Positions 12,001 through 26,208 of a DNA stretch of 64,000 nucleotides are shown one piece after another. The stretch lies in contig CM082586.2 of assembly GCA_040954595.2 (NCBI GenBank), positions 4,758,409-4,822,408 on the forward strand, in the 5' to 3' direction. Every line of letters starts with the position of its first letter. Positions within the stretch are counted from its first letter, which is position 1. The position numbers were made by a program, and so were the translations under genes. The notes under the pieces are model-generated. The model had not been told where the DNA came from and searched no databases. It was given only the letters and a program-made list of their open reading frames with translations. This DNA is from Balanoglossus misakiensis (Eukaryota; Animalia; Hemichordata).

Positions 12001-15000
12001 TTTGGAGGTGTGTCCCCCGGTGGCAGAGGTCACCAAGGGGTTAACAAACTGAAGACATCACAGTTCCATCACCTCCTGCAAATCTACAACAGTGGCCTAA
12101 ATTCGTTCTGCCAGTGCAAGGTGAAGTCAGCCGTGTTGCTTTATACGAGGGAAGAGTCGCCCAACTTGATTGTTTTAGAATATTGGTGTTTTCTGTGCCC
12201 AATCTCTGATCGGTTGTACCATCTGAATCGATGTCATATGCAATGGACACAGTCACAGCATATGTAGTTCCACCGTTTAATTGTTGCCAATACCGAAAAT
12301 GTGTCGTTTGCTCGTATGAAGAGTATGAGTCATAATGCAGTGTCTTTCATTTAAAATAGTACACAGAATTACTGAATTGTTTTATCGCGTTTCCGCACGT
12401 CATTAACCTGCGTGTGGTGACTGTGACAGTGTTAAGAACTGCGTGACTGTTCGAAGGAACTGAAAATGTCTACGGGAGAGATTGCCTACACCCAGTGGTA
12501 TAACATTCTCTCTGCATGACTGAGAGAGAAGCAGACGGACAGACTGTACTGACATGGGGACATCTGAAGCGTTGACAAATGTAGGGTTAGCTGATGGAGA
12601 ACGATGATCTGACTACTGTGGCTTTCGTGTGCGGACTTGCTCGATACGTGAATCGGCACGGCGGGTCTGGCGGCGTTGAGTCCCGTGAAAATACAGGTTG
12701 ATTGGTTCGACTCTGCATCAATCAAATTTTATTTTCTATAACTGGAACTGACATGATTGCAGGGTATACCCGGTGGCGACGCTGATTAGCGGCAAGCAGT
12801 AAAACGAAAAAGCGAGAGAGAAAAAGGAAGTTTCTCGGAATCAGCCTGGATGAGAGCGGGCAGCCCCAGCGCTCCCCGGAGAGAGCGTGTGTATGCCCCC
12901 GATGTCGACGTATCCCGCGAGGAAATTGAGACACCAGGGGTCGGCCGCGGGAAACGCGTGCAACTCTGAGCAGAAAATCAAATTAAAACTGACCGACCCT
13001 GGGAGAGACATCGTCGACCGGAAACAAAGCACAGGTGAAACGGGCGATCCCAGAAGTCGCAAACGTCAAATCCAGTTCTAAAATAACCTATGTGTATGTC
13101 AGTGAAGAATCTCCATGGAAAGGTCAAAAAGACATTGTGTTCAGATTCGGATCATTTTCTGAATCGTCAGCGAATAAATATTTCGCCATAATATCCTGGC
13201 AGTCATGAATTTTAAAATATTAATTATTATTAAATTTTATTAGGTGGAACTTTGGATAAATTGTACAATGCGGAGGTTGTTCCACTTGTGAAGAATAGTT
13301 TGAACATTTTTCTATATTACCCAGAAGGCCACATTTTACTCGATCCCTGGAAAGATGTGCGACCTTTGACCTCGCCGAGTATTGATCAGCCCGATCAAGA
13401 GAAAGAAATAATACCGTGTCTTTAAACATCACAATCGGTTTCTAATTCTACTACAGCTCTTCTAAAAAGGCTCCGTGTTATATAAAACTATAAGCCGTCA
13501 CCCCGGACGTCGAAGATTTTTAGATAATTACAGCCGCCGCTGTTCTCGAACCCCGCTGAAAAGCAAACGAAAGGGCCTGATCTTGAGTCAATATGTGTTC
13601 TGCGCTGAATACGAATGAATGTGTTTGGGGAAATGCAATAATTTAAAAACCGCTTTCAGGTTGAGAGATCAATATCGCTTACAAAACAATCATACCTGAA
13701 AGATGTACAAAGGTCACTGCGTTATTTTATAATCCACGCTTTTAAAAGGTTCCCCAATACCTCCGGGCGGACTAACTTTACCCACTCAGACATTGTCGAT
13801 TTACGCACAGGCGCACGTGATTCGTAGATCGACTGGAATTCTATTGAGACTTGCTATTCGTTATATGCCCTGTAGACTTGTGGCCTATCCCACTCGTCTG
13901 CTGAAATTAAACTCGCCGAATGTTGCATGTGGGCGAACGATATCACCGCGCATCAGGCGGCCATTTTGTTTTGTCTAGGGTTATTTTGAGACGGGCACTG
14001 ATCACTGCTTAAATTGCTCGTATTTCACTTGATCTGAGTCGGTCAAGCGTTACAAGCTGTAGTAGATGGATGTAACCTTTGCATTTAGCTCTTTCGCCTG
14101 TGAATGACTTGATTTGATTACCTTGGGAAATTTGCAGTAACCATCCACACTAATAGTTTTATTTTATTGCAGTCTGCAGTTGAATATCCTACTGCAGCGT
14201 CAGAAAAAATGAGAAGAAAACATTTTGTGGGTTTTTACAAGAACTGAACATGTTCTTTTTTTTTGAAAAAAAGCGTTAAATGCAAATTAGCAATCAACTG
14301 GCCTTGCATACTTAATGATAAGTCATCTTCATCTTGCTCTGTGTCGATTCACCAATAACGCTGTAAAGTCAATACTTGTGGCAAGTTACATAATATTTTG
14401 TCCAGTGTTTCTGGATGGTTCTCGAAAACGTTCTTCGAATATGTAAATTAGTGTAATTTACTTGATGAGCAACCCCAAACATGAATCACTACAGTTTATC
14501 TTAGCTGTTGCTCTGTTTTCTATCAACTGAACGCACAAATTACTCAAGCATTTTGGAAAATGTCTATTCTGAAGTGTGGCCTTTGACACGACTGCACACG
14601 ATTAACGTAATGAGGAGTCTTTACACAGATGCGCTGTCCGATAACCGCTACTCCAACGACTCCTACACGTACTTCATTATAGCGTTAAATTAACCATGAC
14701 GGTCACTATCACACTTTCCATCTTCACTAGACAACTGACACAAGACAGTCGATTCTCCGTCACTCAAGGCAATGTTCACTCAGTATACGGTTCGGTACAC
14801 TTGACTCAGCAAACTTTAAAAAACACCTGCGATAAAACGTTAAAGAAAAAATCCCTTTTCCATGTAGTCGCTTTTTTTCCGTGCGAAGAATTCCCTTTCA
14901 GCTGTAAAAGATGTGTGTTCAGCTCAAATAGACCTTGCTTCAGACTCTTTTAAAGTGGTTTAAGAATTGAAAGGTGTATGCTTGTGCAAGCAAGGGGATG

Positions 15001-18000
15001 TTAACACATAGTGCACTGTGTATACAGTTTGGACAGGATGAACCGCACAGCAAATACCAGATGGTGAATTCAGCTTTTGTGGGACGTGTTGCGTTTGCTG
15101 AGATTAAATTATTGTATCACCTGCATTACATGGTCAGGTAACTGAAAGCTCTCTGTAAACCCATGTCTGTTCCTCGTGCACAAAAGAGAAAGCCAGTTAG
15201 AATACCAATGTGTAAATTATCACCGTCTGATTACTCTTTAACGCCGCAGGGCAAGAATCTAACCGTACCCCACCTTTCTCGCCGCACGTAGCGCCACTGT
15301 ACAAAAATGAAGGTCTTATATTCGTGCTCACGGTTGACTTGGAATATTATCTTTGGAATCAGAGGTCGCAGGAACTAACTTACATTTAATTTAGCATATT
15401 GGGAGAAAATGGTTCAAAGCCGTTTCCATTTGTGTCAGAAAACGCTGTGTGAAAGTGATACACTTGGTAATCTCTGTGTAGCATTACTGTCATTGTTTCC
15501 TGATTCTCCTTTGCTATGTCATATGCGAAATCATTAATGGGATAGTACAAAATCTCTGATTTTGTCGCGTTACGACCAAAATCGGATTTGATAAGGTCAC
15601 GCAGACTTTCAGCTCTGAAATCTCTGGGGCAATTATAACAAGATGGAGGCGTAGGTGGAACACGATGTTTATCGGGCGTTGTTGATAGGCAATCATTTCC
15701 GTCATGACCCGTTTGACTGCAAAAACACTGATTGCAATTCAACGCAGTGTTTGTCAGCTAAAATAGTCTGTGGCAGTAATTGTGCGATGTCGTACAAATT
15801 TGCTCTCGGTCGAGCGATGGGTTCGCTTCCGGGATATCTGACGTGGGACCGCCGCGCGCCAGGCAACAGCATTAGCGTTCAGATCAAATTGTATCATATA
15901 TAACAGAATTCTGGTGAATGTTTCACCGGAGACATCTTACTTCGTGTATGTATTTAAACATTAAATCAAGCGCACGTGTGTCAAGTCGTTTTGATAGAGG
16001 TGTAATCTGAAATTCTGTGTATCGATTGGACCGGTTTCAGAGCGGGCGTGTTACACGGGATCGCGTAGCAACGTTCAGGGACGCGTGTATCGAGCGAGTG
16101 TCCTTAAGAATGAAGTGCCGTTCTACAGAAGTCGCTGAATGAACCTAATGTAACCAGTTATGCGTGTGCACACACTTGTCGTCGGTTGTTTTGCTCAACT
16201 AAGGGTAATTGGGTAATTAGGGGGCCTTAGAAAATTGATGTAGTTTACGTCCTCTCGGTTGTCGATTTTGCAAAATTCCGACATGCTGCTTGCTGCAGGT
16301 CTGGTTTTACGATGAAAGTGACGTGTTGGCCAATTTGCATAAACAGGGTCAAAGCAACTTGCGCGGTTTGGTACCTTTTTCGTGAAATGTTAATACAAAC
16401 ACGACAATCTAAAACCTTCACGGCTAACTAACCTGTGCGTTTGCGTTTCTTGCTCAGCGATCTACTAGTGATGTGTTTTTAAGAAAGGGGAAACAGTGAA
16501 CGCTGAACGGATATGCCTCGGCAACGACCTTGCCAGTTCAACTCAAGGAGATTTGTGAATAGAGAAACGTGACTAAAGAAGTCGCACTACGTGACTCGCT
16601 TTTAATCGAAGAAAAGCGATTGTCCAAAATTGCCCAAGGTTTTCCAAGGGTGAGGAGTGGTTGAAGGCGAGAGGACGAGTTCAGCTTTCAAAGATGGCCG
16701 ACAATCGAACATCGCATCGCCATATTTTAGGTAAAAGTGTGTGTACCTTTGCGAGTGAAGGGGGTCGATTTTGCCAAACAGCTGACTGATGTCTACCCTC
16801 AAGGTTGGTGGATTTAGCGGTGTGCACGGATCATAAGCCTCGGGTCGCGAAACAACATGGCGGCTAATGCGATTTGCATACGAAAGTGGATTAGCTGTGT
16901 AGTCATGATTAATTCATATTTTAAATCGTCAGTAAGATATAGAGCGTTTATCTATCTGATGTGAGAGATAAACAAATCACTCCCATGTAGAATATTGAAT
17001 ATTTATGTATACGCCGGGTTCACAAGTCAAACTTTGAAGAGTTCCTCAGCCAAGATCTCCCGCGACAAAATTCTGTCCTGAAGGCTTTGATGTTTTGTCC
17101 CGTTATGACTGTCACTCGATCCACGGGGAATTCTTTATGTGATATCAGAAATATGATGCCACATTAATGTTCCCATCGCAAAAGAATGAAATGTTCGGCT
17201 AGGGAGTCTTGTGTCATGGCATGAAAAGTTTCTCTTGAGATGTCGAGACACTCAAATTAATAATTCCCGGGTCATTTTTCTCGGAAAAATGAAATGACAA
17301 CGTGCTGAAAACGAAACCGATATTTCTAAAGCTAGTCACGGTAAAAGAAGTCATCACTACAAGGTAAACAATCGGCATCTTTTGACGATTCCAGTCGTCG
17401 AGAATTAAGCGAGGTGGTCTCCTGGAGACTGGGTGTTTTGTTATACCATTTGTGTAAGTATACCGCGCAAGTTCATTAGAAAGACAATTCTCCCTACCGC
17501 AGCGGAAATCAATGAACTTGAAGAGATGGCAAGCGCGTACGTAGGTTATGCCATGCGAACCCGCGATGACACAAAAAATGCGATCACAATTATTAATTTC
17601 CAGCGCCCATATTGGCTGATGAAATGCTCTAGTCATGTGAAAGGAATAGGCAAATTGACGATTCAATCTGGCGGGAAAACGAGCGACAGTTTCCCGCTCG
17701 TCTCGCGCTTCCGCTTCTGAAAATGGCAATCGAATCGTTTTGTAGGCAGGAAACGCGTCAAGTAGTTCCCCCACACCTCTGCATCAACGCCTTCGCGACG
17801 ACATCTCTGACGGTTTTCCTGCCCGTCTATGATGTTGTTTTTACGGCCGTGGATTTTATCAGTGCCTTGGGGATTTCATGCCACGAATTCCCCCGCAGCT
17901 CTAAATTGAGTCTCACGACAAGTAGAAAATCATAACTCTGTTTTATGGTATTTTTGAGCTATGAAATAAGCTGTACGCTAAACCTATCACGAATAAAAAT

Positions 18001-21000
18001 TCAATGCAAAGCCTGCAACTAAAACGTTACTTATTTTTACTGTCGATGGTTACACGGGGTAGGCAACTGTGAATCTTGGCGTCCATGTTTCACGTAGTTT
18101 TCATCGGTTCAGAATTCGTAAAGCATCACTGTCTGCAATGCGAAAAGGGGATCCGACGATAACGTCCACAAGGCCACCTCACAGACAACACCACGCCTCG
18201 TGTAATTTCCCATGTCGACAAACGATTTGGAAGCGTTCCGCAACAGAGATGCAACTGGAACGCCTTAATGAAAAGAAAGTTCCCTGCATGCCCCGCGGCT
18301 CAATTAGAAGGCCGGCGAAATGGGACTATCACAAAGGGAGAATCGGACGCAGATGGCGTCTTATGAAGACGATCAGCAAGGGTGCTTCTTCTGAAGATGT
18401 AATGCTGATCGCCGATAAGATAAGCGATTTGCATCTTCAAGAGCAATACGCCACAATTTTATCGTCTGCTGGGAAATATACTCAATCTTTATATTATACA
18501 TTTTTTTCTTGGCGGTGCAGAAAGTACTGCCGTCATCAAAAGATGGGGCAGATAACTTGAAAGGGCTAACCCGCCAATAGCACTCTAGGTGACTTACCTA
18601 CGTCATAGGGGCTTATATGCAAATTAGACCAGAAATGAATAAAAGATAGACCCGCGAGAGCAAAATATGGCGTCCTTTAGACTGAGGTGATATGAAATCT
18701 TTTAAATGCAAGGACGTGAGCTGTTATCTTGGTACAGTGAAAACTATATGACAAATGTTTACGTTTTAAAAACATTTTCGGGTATCGATATCGCGCGAGT
18801 GATAAGGAAATTAAAATTTTAGCACTCAGCCACATTGAATCGTACTGCAAAACAGAAAAAGGCGGGAATAAATGACTGCCCGCGATTCTTCTCAAACTTT
18901 AAAATGCACGGTCCGAAAATTTCAGATAAGTGGCTCTGGATATTAGGCAAATAGCAAAGATTGTCACAAAATAAAAATAATCAAGATATCTACATGGAAA
19001 AAAGAATATCCACTCCCCCCCCGCTCTTAATTTGCATTTTAATATAATGTATTTTGCATTTCAATACTTCATTCAACATTTAAATAACAGAAGATCATGA
19101 CAATTTCGTGTGTCTCACTGTAGTTAAAGTTTTGGTTGTGGTAATGTAAATAGTTTGTTTCTGAACGCGGCCTCTATTCGACGAGAGAAGAAGGGTGCCA
19201 ACCTGCTCTTCTTCGCAACACTACATGATGGCCCACTGTATCTGCTAGAAACACAAGACATCTTATGCCAGTAGGTGTTACTGTGAAAAGTTACATGAAC
19301 TCAATTACAGTCGACGAATATACTTAAAAGTGGTAAGTCACGATTAAACTTATATCAGGTCAATGCCATATGCAATGCCGGAAATTTGACTAGATTAGAC
19401 GGAGACCAGCTAAACCTTTAGTCACGCACCGATACCATATAGAACGGGTTTAATCTGACGAAGAATTCCGTACCAATGACTTCAGCGTGCATCGCAATAA
19501 AAAATGTCTTGGATGTTGAACAGGGTGACCTCATTAAGATACTTGAAGTCACAGGGACTTTACCGCCATACGCGCGATAGTTATGCGCCAAGGTTAACGC
19601 GTCAATATGGCAGCGAATCCTGTGCGATGGTTTCGCGGAGCGCGCGTTCACGCGGAGAGGAGGACGCGGCGACCGGCGAAATTCGACACCGCGATGTAAT
19701 AAAGAGAAACGTTCTCAGATTCACCGGAGGTCGCGAAAAGATCTCTGTCTTGTCTTTCCGTGTGCGTATTTACTGAGACCCGAAAGTGCATTGCACCTGT
19801 ACGCCTCAGGTTTATGGTTACAGATTGATACTGCTTTATAATATTTCACGAATGCCGTGGGTTGTGTTGAAACGACGAGGACAGCGCACAATGTATGTAT
19901 CCAGGTCACAGGTATACATGACAAAGAGTTTAATCATAATAATGACATTGTCCTGACACTTCGTGTGATAGATGGACGGACAGTAAATGCCGTCTGTAAT
20001 AGATAGGGTCACCCTCTGATATCAAATTATTATCTGCTAAATTGAAAGGCAATTTCTGAGGGGTGAGTGGTGAACGACATCAAACGATCATCAATTTTGC
20101 TCGCCATGATTCGCTGAAATTGAATCTGCAATGATGAGATGTCGGTGTTTGCTGTAGACGCAACGTGAAACTATATAGCTGTTCTGTTGGACATAAGCAG
20201 GGCGGTTTTTTTCCTGTGCGATTTCACTGTCGTTCACCATTCTGTCATCTATCGTGCATCTCGCAATCAAAAGCGACGTTGACTGCTAATGCTGTCATGT
20301 TTATCAAGGTCACGTGACGACATTAAGGATTTTGAAAAGAATATAGAACGCGCAGGATATACGTACTTAATAATCAGTTGCGATTGCGTCTCTGTTCCCG
20401 GTACTCGACACAGAAGCATCAGGTTAAAATCAGCCATTTTACTTATCGAAAGAAGCACCTTTTCCGAACTGCAAATTGTCTTTGTTTGTGCCTTAGCGCT
20501 GTGTGCAATACAAGTAAACAGAGAAGAGCCGACGTGTTTCCATGGGAACGGGAGCTATAATACCTCTTCCCATTTTCAACCGGAGTAATTGTAGAATAGA
20601 AAATCACTCGTTTTATAACTTGGAGTCTAAATTCTTATTAATATGAAGGTACCGGTTGTTATTCTCGCTGTGTTTTTTTTAATTTAGATACTAGTGTAAT
20701 AAGGCGGGAACGTCAGCTCCTGACGGAATATTTCGCGAAGGCATTTCTTGGCCATAATTCTTGATGCTGTAATCATGGCAGTCACAAGACCGCAGCGTTT
20801 AGCGCTGAGTGTTTCAGGTGAGGTCAGAAGCTTTGATTTTTCCCTAAGGTAAACATTCTTATCGATATAAATATGACATCTTAAATTAATTTTGATGCGC
20901 GTACCGCCCAAGGCGCCTGCCCGGATGATAATGATTTATTTGCCGTGCAACAAAAAATGAACCGTACCGCGTCGGCGATATTAAAATTGAAATTTGAGTG

Positions 21001-24000
21001 CGCGAGTCTTGAGTCGTAGACGGCGCCATTGTATGCGGGGTTTCATTTTTTGCTCAGTTGTGACTGTCGTTTACCGTATATGGCATATTTGCCTGACAGG
21101 AAGCGCTGTTATAGGTGAGAATAAATGTGTTCCGCCAATCGTTGGTCTGTACTGTAAACGGCATAAACAGTCCAGCTGTGTTAACCATTCAGCAACAGAA
21201 TCTCAAAAATGTCTATGCAGATATTCGGTCTGAGCAACAATGATACCATAAGCACGGACGGACAGGTGGAATTATGGAGTCGATTCTTTGCGGTGTGTGT
21301 GTGTGGAGGGGCCGCAGGAAAATAAAACGTCGTTGAAATAACAAATTTGGCAAGCACAGCTTCAAATCTGTTTTATTTTTGCACTTGAAGAAAACTAACA
21401 ACATCTTAGTCTTTCGAATGTTTTAAAAATGCCCTATAACTTACATCAGCCTCCTGTTTCGAAAATGGTTTGTCCCTAATATACTCGTATCCTGATTGAC
21501 TGTCACGTCGGCTTTCGATTTAGCAATCATGTCTGATTTGTGTAAGCCGTCACACGATATAAAGCATACACGTCCATGACAGAATTCTGACAGGTCCGTG
21601 GTATAATTCTACTTTTCTAACAAAACGGTGAGTTCAAGTGTACATGATGTCATTATGACATCAATCTGACAATGTTCTCTCTCGCTCTCTTCTCAGTATT
21701 CAACGAGCGTTTGTAAGGTTTTTCGTCGCGACAAGAAATGTGGCATTCAATTGTACGAGCACGTATTTGTACAGTTCTGCCTTTTGTAAACATTGTCATT
21801 ACGCCACGTCAATCACATATTTGTTAATCCCGGCTCACTGTTCGCGCTTAAATGCAACAAATGCAAACGACATTATCCAATTTTGGTGGGTAAATAGCCG
21901 TGATGGATTTAGGCGTTAACAGTTCATCTGTCGTTCGTGAAAGGGTTATTTGGCGCCTTTGTGTGCAAGTACAGCGACACTCGGTGTTTCGAGCTATTTC
22001 TATGTAGAATGAAATATTTGAATCATACGCAATATATACTGCAATCAATTTAGAATAAAAATATTTGTTCTATCTCCGTTTACCCGTGCTATTTTTATCC
22101 TAAGTGACCTCGATCCCAAGTCGGGGTCATGGCCGTTATTTCTTCAGTGAAATGATTGGCAAAAGTCGGTGGGCCTGAGCAGCTTAAAAATAAACGATTA
22201 GCTAACGATCGCACCGCCCGCAAGCACCCACTTTGTAAACGATGCCGCGGGTAAATGAACTTTCAACATGCGTGGACCTAATCGCGCCAGATGTGTTTTA
22301 TAATTTCCCGCTAATTTTCAACGCGCGACTGCGTCTATCATCGTTTTATTCTCCTTGATGGGTCGCCAACAAATCTTTTATCAGTTGAGGGGTCACATTA
22401 TCTTTGAAGAACAACGTGAGGGATTTGACCCTCCCTCCTACATGATAAATGAACTCTCCCTTTGTAGACTAAAACAAGCACACCAGCTGAAGGTGTTGAA
22501 GGTGTTAAAACGCCAACTGTTCTCTCGAAGCTATGCAGATTCGTCTGTGCAAATACATTTACTACACGAGCGTGTCTCTCTGGTGTTGATGTCATTCAGC
22601 TTGTAAGGTGTGCCTACGAGCAATATGGAAGTAGTCCCTCGGCCATTAAATATTCATGTTTTCACCAAGAAGAATATAAATAGATTCTCAACAACCACAA
22701 ACGTGCGCGACAAATACGGAGACTCATTAATAATTTCCCCCCTGTTGCCTGCAACCGCGAGTGACTCGTGTCTGAAAGACAAAAAATCCAGCGTTTCGCG
22801 GATTGCTCTTCTTCTCGGGTTTGGCGAGATGTGATCAGGAGACGCTATCGCGTCCGTTCGAATCACACAGCTATGAAATTCAGATGATGGATACTGAAAT
22901 CGGAGCTCGTACACCTTAATGACAAGGCTCGCGGAGCGTGTTAAAAATCGAAGAAAATCGTGATCTGGATCTTGAAAGTTGACGCGATATGTTCGAATAT
23001 CCCTGAGTGTGTTGTTTGACCGTTCCATTAATTAGGCACAGTTATAAGGAGTATGAAATCGGATGAATCAATACGCGAAACGCGAGAAGTCTGACGCAAT
23101 GCTTGCAGATTACGGCGCGGTCCGTTTGAGGTGCCCCGTCTCCGCGGAGTAATCGTCATATACGCGAGCGCGCATCAAGTGCCGCGGTGTCAGAGGTCGC
23201 CATCTATGCAAACTAAGCGACGAGACAACGCTACTTACGAGGTGACGAATTAGCGGTAGTTATCGGTGTCAATACGTAAAAAAAGTTCGATGACGACGAG
23301 ATAGCGGTGTGCTTTCAAAGATGGTAAAGCGGTACTGCTCAAAATGGCGTTTTTTTTGCTGATCGAACGGAGACAAGAACATTTCATTCAGAAATAAAAT
23401 GAGAGAGCCGATGCCGTGAATACGTCGTTCACTGACCGAAATTGCCAGGTCCATTCATTTACTTCTGAACGTAAATCCAGAAAGGGATAAGCTCAAAAAA
23501 AGAGCACGGAAATTGTCAGAGGATATTATGAGCGATAAATCAGAATGCCGTAACAGTTTCGTATCAAGAACGCTAAGTAGCTTATGCGAGCACATTCGTT
23601 TTACACGACACACCGCACAAAGCCGCAGGTAGATTTTATTGTCTGTACTTTTTCTCTCCGCAGCCTGCGCCCATGCTAAATATAATCGACACGGTATAAA
23701 TCTATTTCGGGTTTATGATCGGTTCCCTGATGCCGGGGATTGATTGGCTCATGCGATTGTAGGGTAATAAAAGTTCTATATTTCGACAGACAGTTTTATG
23801 TCTTGCCCTGTTTCACTGCTGTTTCCCTCTGTGTATAGTCTGTGCGCCCATCTCTGTATTTTTGTCTGACTTCATTGAAAATTCCCAGTGTATATGTTTG
23901 ACTCTCTCCATCTCTGCCTCTCTGTCCGTCCGATTGGTGAGTTTTCTCGCGTAATATAGCCTGATGGCATATTGGGATCCAATGAAAATGTTCGTTTGTT

Positions 24001-26193
24001 AACACCAGATGGGATTTAGACAATGACGCTTAGAAACCAGGATGCAAATTCACTCTCTTTAACAATAGCTTTATTTCACATACCTATTGCAAAACATTTT
24101 TACCAGCTGTCCGGAAACAAACTCTGTGCCAACTTCTGTTAGGTATGAGTTTCATTGCGCATGATTCCTTTGCGATCGAAGGAATCAACGCATGACCTGG
24201 AAATTTGGGAAATCTAGTTCACAAGGTTTCCAAAGTTGACATATTTTTTAGAGTCTGCGCTTCGCTTGAACGTCACAGCTTCGAAATAAATTACGCTTGT
24301 TAAACAATTGTGCCTGAACACGAAAATACAGATCACTTTCAATAAACTCATGCCACCAGTTGAAATAACGAAATGCACAGTTAAGTAAACCCAGTTGCCT
24401 TAATCTAATAATTTCTAATCAGTTAGTTTTGCGGGAAAATTGAAATCGACCCCGTACCGTCGCCCCCGTCAGATGCCGCGACACAGAGACGCACCGTTGC
24501 TTGATTATTTCACCGAAGCAAGGGAGCTCGTTTAACCTTCGTTACTAAGTGCAGACTCAATTTTCGTTTCGCCCTGAATGCCACTCGCTGTAAATCGGAT
24601 TAGCCGAAGACGACGTTATCGTTCACGGACGTGCAACGGTTCGTTCATTCACCTGGTAGGCGTAACGGTTTGAACGCCGGCAGGGAAGTGTTTTCAGATT
24701 GTCTTCCGGCTTTCAGCTCCCCGTGGTAGGTCATTGCCGGGGAAGCCAAAACACCTGCCGAACTGCATGATTGAACTAAGTGAAGATCGTAGTAGGTCGT
24801 GGCGACTGCAGTGAGGTTTGTGCTGGTATGTGTGGGAGGGCATATTCTGATCCAATATTTTACAAATTCACACATTTCCACGACACTGCAGGATTGTCTC
24901 CGCGGACTTGTAAAGAGCCATAAATCTGATATATAACATTGGGGTGATAAGATTTTGCAAAATTACCAAGGCAGAAAAGTATTATCCAACTTAATTTATT
25001 TTACAACAATGTTACGATCGTTGGGACATTGGGCCGAGTTATTGAGTTATAGACCGTAAAACCACTGGCAACCCGTCTGCAGCTGATCACCGGTAAAATG
25101 GTTTCGCCCACGTCCTGCCCGGCTTGCTGGAGAACGTCGGCGGGGTGTAAATTACTAAAATCGATCCACAGTTCACTGTAATTTGATGTGCAGACTCTGT
25201 AGTAGTATTGAGCGAAAAATCTGCGTCTTAATCAGGCCTGCATTGTAAAGTGGTTTTCTCCCGGCGACCGATGGCACAAATGCTCCGGCGAATCTTGAAG
25301 AAAAATCAACGCCTTTCAAGGGACCAGGACTGACTCATTCGTGGATGTCTGCCTGGCGTGTTGAGACGCGGATCGATTTCACAGGTACCTTGATTTGAAT
25401 CTCTGTTCCCTGCTTGACTGAAGGCAGTGTCTGCACTCTATTGTGCTGCGGCGGCGGCGGAGTATTACCATGATTACAGGGCGGTGATTCGCAGTGACGG
25501 CCAGACGACTTGAAAATTGGCGTATTAGCCGCAGATCTTGTATCAGGCAACGGTAACCTAAAGTCTCCTTTTTACGCGTTGTTCGAGTTGTGGAGTGATT
25601 TTTTATGAGATTATTCGTGGATTCCCAAAACTTGTGAAACGCGGCTGGGTTTAATCGTATGTTTGTGCCAGAAGTATGTGGCGAAAGAAAAGATGGGGTG
25701 GGGATGATAACGGGACATAGCCTTAATACTTTAATTCACTGCACAGACAACAGTGATACATATCTACAAACATGTCGCATGGATGTGGTCTGTTGACAGA
25801 TCGGTCAACAGTTTGTCAGTTCTATGCCACATGAGAATGACCCCCCACATAAAGTGCCTAGCCGCGCGAGATCACGTAGAGTCTCGTGGAGTTCGGAAAA
25901 CAGTTTATCGGGAGGGGGCGACAGGTGCGCTTGCTCAGAGTAATCGCAATTTGTCCCAACGGGGATCAAGTCGCCCGAGACCGTGTCCGTTCATAAAAAA
26001 TGTCATTCTGTGCACATGAATAATTTGTGTCGGATTTCCACAGCCCACACGTGCGTTTGCATTATTCAACGCATTGATTTTAAATTTGCAATTCGGCGCT
26101 CCTTCTCTAGTGGGACTCACAACCGAAGTTGTACCTGAACCCGTCGCTCTACACGTTGAAGGACAGTGATGAGCGTCGCGGTTTGTGCGTAAT

Positions 26194-26208
26194 CGGAAGT
26201 GACGTCAC
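26194..26208 (+). promoter_or_regulatory. ETS-CRE composite element
   Basis: CGGAAGTGACGTCAC, the overlapping ETS (GABP-type) + CRE motif known from animal proximal promoters, in a CpG-rich context. Confidence 0.5.

Noticed and set aside
11808-12050. Minus-strand exon ending at a GGTGAGT donor (~11869)
   Set aside because: There is an upstream in-frame stop, no clear acceptor, and the peptide is unrecognisable.
19774-19809. miR-92/25-like CATTGCAC hairpin (and other seed-only matches, e.g. TTTGGCACTA at ~29784)
   Set aside because: Only the seed matches, and the hairpin is too short and lacks pre-miRNA geometry. No full conserved mature miRNA was found by eye.
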